From Caecitellus pseudoparvulus (Eukaryota > Protista > Bigyra: Bicosoecida): DNA of 64,000 nt. The DNA is taken from NCBI GenBank assembly GCA_965644315.1, contig CBFFRQ010000067.1, positions 372,001 to 436,000 of the forward strand, given 5' to 3'. Of the stretch, positions 1 through 10,882 are shown piece by piece. Within the stretch, counting starts at the first letter, position 1; the number at the start of each line of letters is the position of its first letter. The notes under the pieces were generated by a model. It made no database searches. It saw only the letters and a program-made list of their open reading frames with translations, and was not told the origin of the DNA. Made by a program: the position numbers and the translations under genes.

Positions 1-2
1 CC

Positions 3-2522
3 CAACTCCAGGCGCAGCTTGGCGGGCTCCAGCTTCCAGCGACGACTTCGGCTGGCAGCCTTGCTCCCAGCCAGCCGCGGGCTCAAGATAGCATAGCAAA
101 AGTCTTCTCCAGCCCGCAGTGGCGCGGGGCGGGTCTGCGCAGCCACACCCCTGACTTCATGCCTACCGCACGAGACCTCGGCCCTTCCCTGGACGCCCAG
201 CAGGTGCAGGCGCAGACAGGCAGGCACAGCCACACCGTGTCCTGGCAGCCGCCTGCGCATGGCCTTCCCACCTCCTCAGCATCCCCTCACCCCCGCCCCT
301 CTGGCGCCTCTCCGGCGCCTGCAGCGGCGGCGGCAGCGTCGTCGCCTGGCCAAGCGTTGTCGAGCAGTACCTTGATGGCGTCTCCCGCCCCCACTCCGCA
401 GCAGCAGCAAACGGCAGTGGCCGGCATGGAAGACACACCCCTGCCTCAGGACGGCCCCGCCTTGTACCGGGCTGCTCAGGGCTGGCGTGCTCTCGCACGC
501 AGTGCCCAGGCACAGGCCCGTGCTGCGGCCGAAACGGTGCGGCAGCAGGCTGGCCAGGCTGCGGAGGACGCAGCACGTGTGGCTGAGCTGCAGGCTGCAG
601 TGGTGGAAGCAGAGGACGCGGCGCAGGATGCTGGCCGGCAGGCTGCGAACTGTGCTGCGGAAAGCAGCGCTCTGCGGAAGCAACTCGTCGCTGCAGCAGG
701 CGGGCAAGGGAGCGGCGGCACTGCCGACTTGGCCAGCATCGGCCAGATGCAAGCCTTGCTGGAGGCAGCCCATGTGGAAATTCGCAGTCTGCAGAAACAA
801 GTGGCCACGTCCCGCCAGCAGCGCAACGCCGCCATGTCAGAGACGCAGCAGGCTCTGCGCACCGCCGCAGCCGCTCGAGCTGCAGCCAGCGCAGCTGAGG
901 GGCAGCATCGCGTGGCAGAGGCAGCGGCGACTGTGCTTCGAGAAGAGGTGCTACAGCTGCATGAAGCGGCGGCAGCTGACAAGAGCAAGCCGCCTGGTGC
1001 AGCGGAAGCGGACGAGGCTGGGCTGCAAGCGACGCTGCTTGACTTGCGCACGCGAAACGCGGAGCTGATGGAAACGCTGCAAGCCGCGGAAACCAGCGTG
1101 CAGCAGCTATCACAAGCTCTGCAGGAGAGTGAATTGGCACGAGAAGCGGCTCAAGCCCAAGTTTCACACGGCAAGTCAGCTGTGGGGGAGGCTGAGGCTC
1201 GCGTGATGGCGCTGGAAGCCTCCAACGCCGCCCTGCAGCGCCGAGTTGCGAATTTGGAGAAGGCTCGCTCCGAGGCGGAGGCAGCTGCAGCTGCCGCCAC
1301 GTCAGAGAGTGCGGCTGCCGCCGCTGTGGTGGAGCAGCTGCGCAGTCAGGTGCAGCAGGTGGAAGGGGATTTGGCGCGGCTGGGTGGCGCTTCGCAGGCT
1401 CAGGCGCAGGCAGTGGCGGCGTTGGCGGGGACGCCCAAGCCAGGCGTTGCCCCCCCCACACCCCCCTCGCACACCCAGTCCCCTCATGCTGGCCTGGCAT
1501 CTGTCCTTACGCCCAGCCCCGTCACGAAGCGTGGCGCCAATGCCGAGGGCTCCCCTGCTTCCACGCCTGGGCTAGGTGCGTCACGAGGGACGATGAGCCT
1601 GGCCCCCCCTCAGGCAGCGGCGCACCCCCCCTCACACGAGCATGCGTCTCCCCCGCAACACCACCACGGCATCAGAGCACCTTCGCCAGCTGTCGCAGAG
1701 GGCTCTGCCTCCCCTGCGTCCACCTCCCCCCGAGGCACCGCCTTCACCATTCCTTCTGGCCAGCGTGTTCGGAGTGGGAGCAAGAACACCACGCCGAGCG
1801 CTGCTGTAGCGGCTGCTCGTCGTTTTGCCCGCGGCAGAGGCAGCCCAGCGAGAAAGGCGACCCCTCCACCTTCACCGCCCAGCCGCACCTCCAGTCGAAA
1901 CAGGGCCAGGCGACGCTTGAAGGGCGCCATTGCTGCAGTGCAAGCCTCTGTTGGGCGTGCAGCGTCCCCAGGCCGCCCGTCGCTGGTGCTCACAGACTCT
2001 GCGCGGGCTGACAGCCACATGCACGTGCGAAACGCACTGACACGGGTGCTGCTGGCTGGCGTCACGCACGCCGACCGACAGGCCGCAGCACTGGCAGCAC
2101 TTGAGCGCGCTCAGGATTGCTTCGTCTGCATTGCTTTCGCGTCTGGCGCGGAGTCACAAGTGGGGCGTTTCGTGTCGGTGCTGGGGCTGCGGGCCGCTGA
2201 GGGCCCAGCCCACCGACTGTGGGGTGGTGGCCCACGTGTTGTGCAGGTGCGCGACATGTTGGCGTTCTTCAAGTTCGACACTGCTTCCCGGGCGTTTCAA
2301 CGGGTCAACACACACGCCTTGACACCGACAGTGCACGGCGTAGGCATCATGGTCGGGCCCACTGCGTCATCGGCATCTGGCACGACACTGACCGTGCAGC
2401 AGAGTGCAGAAGGCGTGGACAAAGCTCTCAGCATAAGTTCCGCCTCCGCCTCGGCAGAGGAGGGCGAGGGCAGCGACTTGGAGACCAGCAGCCAGGAGGG
2501 GTTGGAAGGGCTCCTTTTGTGA
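3..2522 (+). CDS. Coiled-coil protein with C-terminal CKK (CAMSAP/Patronin-type) microtubule-binding domain; probably 5'-truncated by the window
   Basis: The frame of ORF 159..2522 is open back to nt 3. A long Ala/Gln/Glu coiled coil is followed by HVRNALTRVLLAG...RLWGGGPRVVQVRDMLAFFKFDTASRAFQRV...TVHGVGI, which matches the CKK pattern (IRNAI..CCLAG...GPR.V...IYKYNS.RKRF..I). Confidence 0.75.
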   Translation, partial: QLQAQLGGLQLPATTSAGSLAPSQPRAQDSIAKVFSSPQWRGAGLRSHTPDFMPTARDLGPSLDAQQVQAQTGRHSHTVSWQPPAHGLPTSSASPHPRPSGASPAPAAAAAASSPGQALSSSTLMASPAPTPQQQQTAVAGMEDTPLPQDGPALYRAAQGWRALARSAQAQARAAAETVRQQAGQAAEDAARVAELQAAVVEAEDAAQDAGRQAANCAAESSALRKQLVAAAGGQGSGGTADLASIGQMQALLEAAHVEIRSLQKQVATSRQQRNAAMSETQQALRTAAAARAAASAAEGQHRVAEAAATVLREEVLQLHEAAAADKSKPPGAAEADEAGLQATLLDLRTRNAELMETLQAAETSVQQLSQALQESELAREAAQAQVSHGKSAVGEAEARVMALEASNAALQRRVANLEKARSEAEAAAAAATSESAAAAAVVEQLRSQVQQVEGDLARLGGASQAQAQAVAALAGTPKPGVAPPTPPSHTQSPHAGLASVLTPSPVTKRGANAEGSPASTPGLGASRGTMSLAPPQAAAHPPSHEHASPPQHHHGIRAPSPAVAEGSASPASTSPRGTAFTIPSGQRVRSGSKNTTPSAAVAAARRFARGRGSPARKATPPPSPPSRTSSRNRARRRLKGAIAAVQASVGRAASPGRPSLVLTDSARADSHMHVRNALTRVLLAGVTHADRQAAALAALERAQDCFVCIAFASGAESQVGRFVSVLGLRAAEGPAHRLWGGGPRVVQVRDMLAFFKFDTASRAFQRVNTHALTPTVHGVGIMVGPTASSASGTTLTVQQSAEGVDKALSISSASASAEEGEGSDLETSSQEGLEGLLL

Positions 2523-2686
2523 ACCTGGAGACCAGCGGCGCCCCCGGCACAATACAGCTCTCCTGCACTCTTTATCATGGTTGAATGATCCCTGGGCTCC
2601 ACAGTGTTACGTGCTAGCGCCCCTGGGGCTGTCTCTGCAGGCGTTGCTGAGTCAGGCGGCGTTTCGGGCAATTTCCGCGTGCCGCC

Positions 2687-4696
2687 ATGGCACAGGACTC
2701 ACCGGCCCATGCAGCGTTCTTCTCCGCGGTGCAGGCAGGCAGGGTAAAGGATGTACTTTCCTTTCTTGAGAAAGCGGGCGAACTGGACTTGGCAAAGGCC
2801 CAGCTGCGCGGACGCACCGCTGTAGCGGTGGCTCAGCTTTATGGTCACTCGGCACTGGCAAACGCGCTGCAGTTCCTGACTGCAGAGCAGGCCAGGCTGC
2901 TGGCACACTCCACGTCTACACCATCCCTTCCTTCCCTGCCTCACGCCTCCCGAAAGGGTCTGCGGGCATCCACATCGACGCCTGCCTTGCCTCGCGCCGG
3001 GTGGCACCGGGCATTGCGCCGCGCCGGAGTCATTGCAGGGGCACCTGGCGATGCAGACACGCGTGGCGAGGGCAGCGACGGTGGCGCCGCGATCGGTGAA
3101 GGCAGACAGTCCACAGAGAGGCATGGAATGCGCGGCAGTGCCTCTGGCGTGCTTGCCACGGGTCACGCTGCCCCAAGCATGCGCAGCCCAAGCACGGTCA
3201 CTGCACGGGATGCATCCGTGTCGCCACTTCGCCCAGCCGGGGCCAGGGCACTGAGGGGGGACGCCTTGATCCCCATGTCGCAGCGTGGACGAGCAGGGGC
3301 GGTGCGTGCTACTGCAGCTGACTTGGAGCCAGTACTTCTGACATCCAAGCAGGTGCCTGTTGGAGGCAGCGCTCGCCGTGCCGCCGAGCGTGCCTGGACT
3401 GTGAACAACCTGGAGTGGGAGTTGGACACCTTCACTGCCAGCCGAGGCATGAAGCCTGCCTACCGATTCTCCCGCGACACGCGCGCCAAGCTGCGTTCCT
3501 GGTTCGCTTTCATGGACGACGACGGCAGCGGCGAGATCGAAGTGACAGAGCTTGAAGACCCCATGCTCAGCACTGGGCTGGTGGCCAACCACCGCGAGCT
3601 GACTGAATTATTCAACTGGATTGACAAGGATGGCAGCGGGGACATTGACGTGTGGGAGTTCATGTCGGCACTGCTGCCGACAGCCAAGTGGCGTGGAGAA
3701 AGTGACACACGCACTGGGAGCGACGCGCAGCGCCGCAAGCAGCAGCCGGGGGGCAAAGGTAGGACACTCACGCCATCAAAGCCTTCCTCTACCAGTGAAC
3801 CATCCGCCCCTGCCAGCCCCGGCGCTGCCCAGGGCGAGCTGGCGCCGGTTTTGTCTGTGGAGCAGCTGCGCCAACAATTCCTGCCCAAGGGCAAGGAAGG
3901 CGGCCAAGCCATGACGGCGCTGCTGGACCTCATCGCGGGTGGGGATCCCCACCTCAGTATTCCCACCAAACTCACCGCCCAGCGCCGTGCCTTCCTCATG
4001 AACATGCTGGTGGGGGGGCAGGCAGAGGAGTCACGAGCACGGCGCGAACTGCACCGCGCGCTAACAGCAGCGCAAGCCGCAGGTGACCACGTCACCATCT
4101 TGCGCCTTAGAGACCTGCAACGCGAGCGGGAAGCCCATTCCTTGCGCAACATCGAGCGTGTCAAGGCCCTGCGCATCATCATCCAGCGCAAACAGGCCGA
4201 AAGGGCAGCGGGAGGGCAGTCAGAGGCGGTTGAGCAGGGCTCAGCTCACAGCGACGCGCCAGGCACCGCTGAATCCCCCAAAGTCCATCGCAAGGTGCAT
4301 GGCATGCAAGATACGCGTGTGGGAGCCTTGGAGGCGCTGGAGGCCGCTGCGGCGGCTCTGCGTGAGCAAGAGGCACAAGAGCATAGCAGCAGCGCTTGCG
4401 CCTCTCAGTTGAGGCACCACACAACCGGCGCTGTAGGCTCAGCGGCAGCAGCTGACGCAGCATGGGAACTGCAGCAGAGCTTGATGGGGGGTGGGTCACC
4501 TTCTAGGCGGCGTGGCGGCGGGCCGGCGCCGGATTCCTTTGCAGCGCTGGCTCAAGGTGGGCACGGCGGTGATCATGGCTCGACGGGCGCCATCACCCGC
4601 GAGCAACGACTGGCAGTGCGGGTGCCGGTGGAGGGCTGGGTGGAGGGCGGCAAGATGGCGGACATGGCCCGACTCCTGGCAGGGCGCATGGTGTAG
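2687..4696 (+). CDS. Protein with N-terminal ankyrin-like repeat and an EF-hand pair
   Basis: Strong start context gccgccATGG. Ankyrin-like GRTAVAVAQLYGH; EF loops DDDGSGEIEVTE and DKDGSGDIDVWE. Single exon, 669 aa. Confidence 0.8.
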   Translation: MAQDSPAHAAFFSAVQAGRVKDVLSFLEKAGELDLAKAQLRGRTAVAVAQLYGHSALANALQFLTAEQARLLAHSTSTPSLPSLPHASRKGLRASTSTPALPRAGWHRALRRAGVIAGAPGDADTRGEGSDGGAAIGEGRQSTERHGMRGSASGVLATGHAAPSMRSPSTVTARDASVSPLRPAGARALRGDALIPMSQRGRAGAVRATAADLEPVLLTSKQVPVGGSARRAAERAWTVNNLEWELDTFTASRGMKPAYRFSRDTRAKLRSWFAFMDDDGSGEIEVTELEDPMLSTGLVANHRELTELFNWIDKDGSGDIDVWEFMSALLPTAKWRGESDTRTGSDAQRRKQQPGGKGRTLTPSKPSSTSEPSAPASPGAAQGELAPVLSVEQLRQQFLPKGKEGGQAMTALLDLIAGGDPHLSIPTKLTAQRRAFLMNMLVGGQAEESRARRELHRALTAAQAAGDHVTILRLRDLQREREAHSLRNIERVKALRIIIQRKQAERAAGGQSEAVEQGSAHSDAPGTAESPKVHRKVHGMQDTRVGALEALEAAAAALREQEAQEHSSSACASQLRHHTTGAVGSAAAADAAWELQQSLMGGGSPSRRRGGGPAPDSFAALAQGGHGGDHGSTGAITREQRLAVRVPVEGWVEGGKMADMARLLAGRMV

Positions 4697-4932
4697 GTCC
4701 TGCAATGCATCAGACTGTGTCTCCAGCGCTGCTGGGAGCTTTGCGCGAGATCCCCCCCTGTCCTTGGAGTTTCCGGCGGTCCTCTTCCCGCACACCAGCT
4801 CCTTGCGGGCACAACTATTCTTCTGTCAAGAGAGCCCCACAGCAAGTACAACTCACCTTTGCCACCGATGCATGTGATAAGCAACTGGGACGCTCTCTTG
4901 GCATTCTACGCTTTCGGTGGCTCAGGTTCACC

Positions 4933-7431
4933 ATGGCTAACGCAAGTGTCGTCGGCACTGCGGGCATCGCCCTGTACCTAGACTGGGATAACCTCGCCCT
5001 CTCTGAACAAGAGGGCGTGGGGGTGTCCAAGTGGCTTGGAAACCTCATGCAGAAGCTGAGCGTGAAAGGCAATGTCTTGAAGCGGGTGGCGTACGCTGAC
5101 TGGACTCACTACACTCACCACACGCGGCTTTTGGACTCCCACGGTGTCAGCATGATTGAAATTTGTACTCGCGGAAGAGGCAGCAAGAATTTTGCAGACA
5201 TCTACATGGCAGTAGATGCTATGGAAGACGTAAGTTGCGCTTCCTAGTTCCCAACTCTCGCCAGAAGTTGCGAAATGGTTTTATCGCAAGCGCTCCTCAT
5301 AACTTACCTCCCTCTCTCTCTGCTCCTACCCCAGGCTCTGGGAGGAATCGTGAAGGTGGACACGTTCGTCCTGGCTTCTGGTGATGCTGACATGGTCCCC
5401 CTCGCGGCCCGGCTTCAGGCGTACGGTAAACGGGTGATCGTGGTCACGTGGGCAGCCAGCTCCTCTCCACGACTGGCTGGCAGCGCAAACGAAGTGTGGT
5501 ACCTGGACCGCCTGACGACCAAGGGCTCCCACACCTCTGCAGACATCGCTGTGCTGGGGGCTGAGCTCCGGAGCACCGTGTGGAGAGTCCAGGAGACGGA
5601 GGCCGTGGAGTCTATCAGCATTGCAGATGCAAGGACTGTTCTCAAGCGTAGCAACCCCTCCATTGACTCTACTGCGCTGGGCTTCGCGTCATTTGAGAAG
5701 CTCGTCTTTGCACTGGTGCAGGCGACGCATGGCATGTTTCTCACGAAAGATCAGCGCCTGCGTGTGGATCTGGACACAGCCGGCGGCGAGTCTGCAGTTG
5801 TAGCTGAGGCTCCACGTGTTGGGCACCACAGCAACGCAGCCGACATTCCCAAGTTCCTCACAGCTGCACGAGATGCCCTGAGCAAGCGAGGACACATGGT
5901 TTCCACCCTGACACAAGCTGAACCCATCTTGCCCGTCGTGCCTGCCTTCACTCTGGCTGCCATCGGCACGTTGAAGTTGAAGGGCGGAATTGGCATCACC
6001 CCGCCAGTCCTGCGCTCCACAGCCAGCAGCGTCGGCGCGCCATTTGTTGGCGGGAATCCAAGGTGGGGAAGGCCCCCGACACCCAAGGAAGTTGGACTTG
6101 GGGACGAAGACGCTGCCACCATGCGCCTGCGTCTGGCGTCGGTGTCGGAGGACATCCTGAATGCGCTGGTGAACTTGGCGCTGGAAGTGGCGGGTCTGCC
6201 AGTGGAGGGACAGGAGCCTGATTGCCCCCTGCCTCGCATGCGCTTCATGCTCAAGCCATACCTGAATGGCCTGCCTATTCGCACTGTGGTGCAGCAGGCC
6301 CAGCAATCCCTCGCGGTGCTGGTGGCGAAGGAGGCGCCCGATCTGGCCCCCATGTCAGTGCTGCTGCTGGACCCTGGTAGGGTGGTGGTATTGGAGGATG
6401 AGGTGGCGGCTTCCGCTGCAGGTGCAGGGGGGGGTGACTCCTCTTCTGTGTTTCGGCGAAGCTTGGGCGGCTCCGCGCCTTTGCCCCCCGTGTTGGAAGT
6501 GGAGAAGGACACCGAGCACCCGCCCCAGGAGTTGCGCTCGCCCATGATGCGGAACTCCACATCGAGGGATGTCACGGCACTGCAATCAGAGCCCCATAGC
6601 CAAGTTGTGGACCCCACTTCAGTCTCCGCTTCTGACTCCATGGAAGGCGGGATGCCCACCGGCGAGTCGGGTGCCAGCCAGCCACCCCTCCCTCCTAGCG
6701 CCTCGTCTTCTGAGGCACCCATTGTTCCTGATGGCACGTTTGTGTCCCCCTCCTCTGCAATCCGCACTGTGGACCCCGGCTTGCGCATCAAGGTGCTGAA
6801 AGACCTCACAGACGCTGGCACTAAGGAAGGGCTCAAAACCTGGCGCCTGCCGGAAGTGTCACACCTCTCCGACGCACTGCCCCTGCTCGTGCGTGCCAGT
6901 CTGGCAGTACTGGACACCTTCAAACGCTCTGGCAAGACGATCTCCCCCCCCGCCTTGCGCACTAATGTTATGTCCATTGGCCGGCGCTACGTGCAGGGTG
7001 TCGTGCGTTTCGGCCCCGCCCTGAGCCCCGACCAGGCAGGCATGTCCCCCGAAGACGCCTCCCTCCTGGTGAAGGCGCTGGAAGGCACGGAGACCAACGC
7101 CATCAACGCAATGCTCACCATCGTCCTGCATTGCATCGCCGTGGACCACTCCATGGAGGGCACGCACATCTCGAAGCAAGACCACATGCTGGCAGTGCCA
7201 GTGGACAGTACGCATGGAGACCGCAACCTCATCCTGCAGAAGCTCGAGCACACACTTTGTGATCGCCTGCACTCGTGGATGCACCGGTGCTTGCCTTCAG
7301 GGCACTCCAGCATGGAAGAGCTCATTGACACACTGTCAGTGGACGGCCTGCCACGCAAAACACCTGTACCCGCGCCGTTGGAGACTCCAGCTCTACCTAG
7401 AGAAGCTGTAGCGCAAATTGGCGTGGGTTGA
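4933..7431 (+). CDS. NYN (LabA/DUF88, PIN-like) domain protein with OST-HTH/LOTUS domain; 2 exons
   Basis: Intron 5230..5334 (gtaagt...ccag) joins ORFs 4705 and 5275 in frame. Motifs LYLDWDN, AYADW, KNFADIYMAVDA, ASGDADM, GKRVIVV; OST-HTH-like LKRSNPSIDSTALGFASFEKL. Confidence 0.85.
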
Positions 7432-7709
7432 TGGTGGTGGGGAGACGCAGTGTGAGGTGGATTGGAGCTTATTCCACCAGTTTGAGACGAGCTTTGCGTG
7501 GGGCAGAACGTGCTGCCGGGCGCCCCGGAGACCATTATTTATCGGGCTCTGGTCATCGCTCCGGAGAGAGGAGTTCCACGTTTTACAATTTTTACTCATT
7601 TTTTGGCCAAGGGGGTTATCGCACCGCTTGGGAGATAAATTACATGCATTTTGCACATCCACACCCCCACCACTCACGCTCTTGCTCTGGCAACAGTCGC
7701 GAGTGCAGC

Positions 7710-7976
7710 ATGAGCCAGCGCAGTGCCTCAGCCTACCTGGCAAAGCACGAAGCGGCCAAGTCAGCTGCGGCGTCCAAGGCTGCTGCGCTGCAGGCCAAAT
7801 TCGCATACAAACGAGCAGGGGAGGCGCAGATGAAGCAGGAAGCAGATGCAGCAGCAGCGGCCAGAGCAGCTGCGTCGCCGGAAGCCGAGCCAACTAACTG
7901 GCTTGCGTTTGCTGCGGCAGAGCCAGGAGGGCAGGGGCTGTCTGCTTGCATGGGCAAGCTCACGCCAGGGCGTTGA
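7710..7976 (+). CDS. Small Ala/Lys-rich hypothetical protein (88 aa)
   Basis: Start context gcagcATG, coding-like composition, and it fills the gap between two genes. No recognisable domain. Confidence 0.4.
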   Translation: MSQRSASAYLAKHEAAKSAAASKAAALQAKFAYKRAGEAQMKQEADAAAAARAAASPEAEPTNWLAFAAAEPGGQGLSACMGKLTPGR

Positions 7977-8026
7977 GGGGAGAGCAGGGTGCGGAATTCG
8001 CACGGGACCTCCGAGCATTCATGTCT

Positions 8027-9097
8027 TCAATCTGTGACCCCCCACCAGTGGAACGCTGCGTAGTTCAAGACAACGACGACAATGCCTGCTATGGCCAGTG
8101 CACCGAACAACACGAGGGCGTACTGCGGGAGGCAAAGGCAAGAGGCGGTGCAACGTGTGTACTGTGGCTGGTCTCCGCGCAGGTACGCACCACCCACGAC
8201 GCACAGCCCCGGCCCAAGTGCAAGGGTGTACTGCCACGAGGCTGTTTATGTCCCGTCCCCACCAGCAAACGAGTGCCCTCGCTCATGGGTGAGGGCAGCG
8301 CCAGCGCATCACTCTCCCGGCGGGTCGTCGGTGTGTGGCTGGGCGAGGCAGCACGCCCGTCCCCGCTCAATGCATCCAGGTCGTCATACTTGGCGCACAG
8401 ACGCCTGAGGAACGGGGCCAATGACCCCTGCAGGCCGTTCTCCTCGCTGCTGAGCGAAGGCAAGGCGAAGTGCTCCAGGACGTGGGCCCGAAAGTCTGTG
8501 GAAGGGGAGTGGGGCACTCGTCACTTGGGATGGGCACACAAGGCAGGACTCGGCACCCGAACCTCGCATGATGGAATCTGGACAACAGGTGAAGGGCAAG
8601 TGGGTGTAGGGTGTGTGGCGTACCGGGGGCCATGGGTGCGCCACTCACTGCTGTCTGAAGTGCCACTGAAGACGTGCCTGCTGGGGTAGCCCGTCGTGGA
8701 CACGACGACAAACACGCGCCAGTCCTCATCGATCTCCAGGCAGAACACCGTCGAAGCGCCTACACGCAGCTCATAGCTCGTGCTCTTGCGGTCGGCCAGC
8801 ACCCGCTTCCACACTGCGGGGAATGGGGAGCGGCGGGCGGCGTGTCCAAGCAATTTCCGCAGCTGCACAGAGAGCGCGTCACCCACCTGAAGAGTTCAGA
8901 ATGCCCTGCAGCTTGTCCCGGTATGACATGGGCTCCTCCCTGTCCCAGTGCACGTAGCTCGCCAGGAGGCGTCGCTCCTGCCCCATGGCCAGCAGCACTG
9001 CCTTCACATGCCGGGCACGGCTGGGAGTTGGTGTGTTGTCACGTGGGGAGGCAAAGGTGGCAGCTCCAGCCCGCACGGGGGTCGACAAGCCTGCCAT
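8027..9097 (-). CDS. Longin-domain membrane protein without an obvious SNARE motif; 5 exons, 263 aa
   Basis: Exons 9097-8887, 8813-8649, 8577-8563, 8495-8191 and 8122-8027; all introns GT-AG and phase-consistent. Longin-like RVFVVVSTTGYPSRHVF...FLRRLCAKYDDL; C-terminal TM YALVLFGALAIAGIVVVVL. Confidence 0.65.
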
Positions 9098-9186
9098 GCT
9101 GCAGTCTCTAACTGGACACAAGACGGCGTGAGCTAGTGAGGGGGTTTGGGAACTGCATTTTGGCTTGTTCTTCCCCTGTGATCTTC

Positions 9187-10604
9187 TCACTTGCCCCAGT
9201 CCTTCCACGCACTGGACAGCGCACCAGACACGTCGCTGCGCATCGTGGCACCAACAGCTGCGACGAACTCCCCCAGTCCTTCACTGCCTGTGCGAGCACG
9301 CCCTCGTGCTGGTTGCTGGGGCTTGCTGGAGGGTGGCGCACGACCCTCGGCCGCCTGGAAAAACGCATCACTGGAAATGGCTTTGCGGCCGCCAAACTTG
9401 CCACTCAGCACTTCATGGCTCTTGGCAGGGGCGGGTGCACGCGCCGCAGAGGGGGAGCCCTTGGAGAAGCCCCCTTCCTCGCGGTGGGAGGTGGCAGTGG
9501 CTGTGCTGGAGGTGGTGGCGGCGGGCGAGGTGGCCTCGGCTGGTGGTGTCATCCCACTGGTCACGGCGCGCCCTGTGTACAAACTCACAGCAGGCGCCGG
9601 GGCAGCGGGGGCAGTGTTGGCCTTGGACGGGTCTGTGAATGCGCCAAATGCCGCTTCGCTGCTCTTGCCCAGTCCGGATGCACCCAGCTTCACCGCCCCC
9701 AGGCGCTTGGACCCGCCAACGGCCTTGAAGCCCCCCCCTCCGGAGCCAAAGCCGCCCCCTCCGGAGCCAAACCCTTGACCGCCACTCCCCCAGCCACTCG
9801 TGCTGGCTGAGAAAGTGTTGGAGGCTGGCGCAGGGCTGTCTGACTGAGGCGTGGTGGCACCAGCGATGCTCAGAGTGCCCTTGGCCACAGGCTGGGCCCG
9901 AGGCGCAGGTTCCGCCGGCGCCGACTCAACGTGCACGGGCACCGAGGTGGTCTTGGCGGCTGCCGCTGCCTCGGCTTCCAGTGCCTGCTTCTCAGCCGCC
10001 AAGTCAACCCAGGCGCTGGTGAGGGGGGCAGGGGAGCCAGAGCTGGTGACGCTGCTGTCAGGGGCCAGGGCAGGTGCTGACAGGTCGGCGTCCGGGGAGG
10101 AGGCAGGTGCGTTGATGCGCAGGGCAGAGTTGCCAGCTGCCGCCTTGGCCAGGGCGTTGCGGTACAGCTGAGCCGCGCGGCTGTTGTACTTGTCCTTGGC
10201 GTCAGCGCCACGCACGGCGGTGAAGCCTTTGGCTTTGAAGAATGCCTCTGCTGCCGCGTTGCCGCCCGCCTTCATCTGTGCCAGCTGGTCTTCGTACCAT
10301 TCGTCCAGGTCAGTGGAGCGCACGAAGGAGGTGCGCGGGCCCAGCCCACGGTGCACCGCTGAGCACTCCAGACACAGCAACACGCCAAAGGTGACGCTGC
10401 TCCACGTCGGGTTCCGGGCACCGCAGTCGAAACAGCTCTTGTTTGCTGCCTCAGAACGCATGCGCTTGAAAAACGCCTTCTGCGTCGCCTCCGCTGTGAG
10501 GCGCATGTGAGTCGGCTGCTTGATTGTGTCGCTGGGACAAGCGCACCAGCCACGTGCCACAAATGCACGCTGCAGCACTCACGGACAACGGTACGACTCG
10601 CCAT
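9187..10604 (-). CDS. ArfGAP of the Glo3/ARFGAP2-3 type; 2 exons
   Basis: Zn finger CFDC-x16-CLEC with SAVHRGLG; Glo3 motif [14 protein letters not shown]. Intron 10494..10582 (gtgagt...cacag) gives the N-terminus MASRTVVPEATQK. Confidence 0.9.
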
Positions 10605-10882
10605 GATACTAGAGCGTGCTTGAGTGCAGAAGCCTCCCACGCCAGCGAGTGCCAGCGGACTGGTCTTGAAGAGGTGCTGTGCGCAGTGGCGCTGCCAGGT
10701 GGCGTGCGGGGCGTTTCCCGTGCACAGCCTTGATGGCGGGATGCTGTGCTGCGCTGCACACGGCAGACAGCAGCGTTGCCCACCGCGGAGAGGACAGAGT
10801 GCTGATGGGGGGAGGGATGCGCGGGTTCATTTTTGCTCGAACGGAGCCAAGTGGCGGGGGTGGTCGAGGGGGCGCCTGGTCC

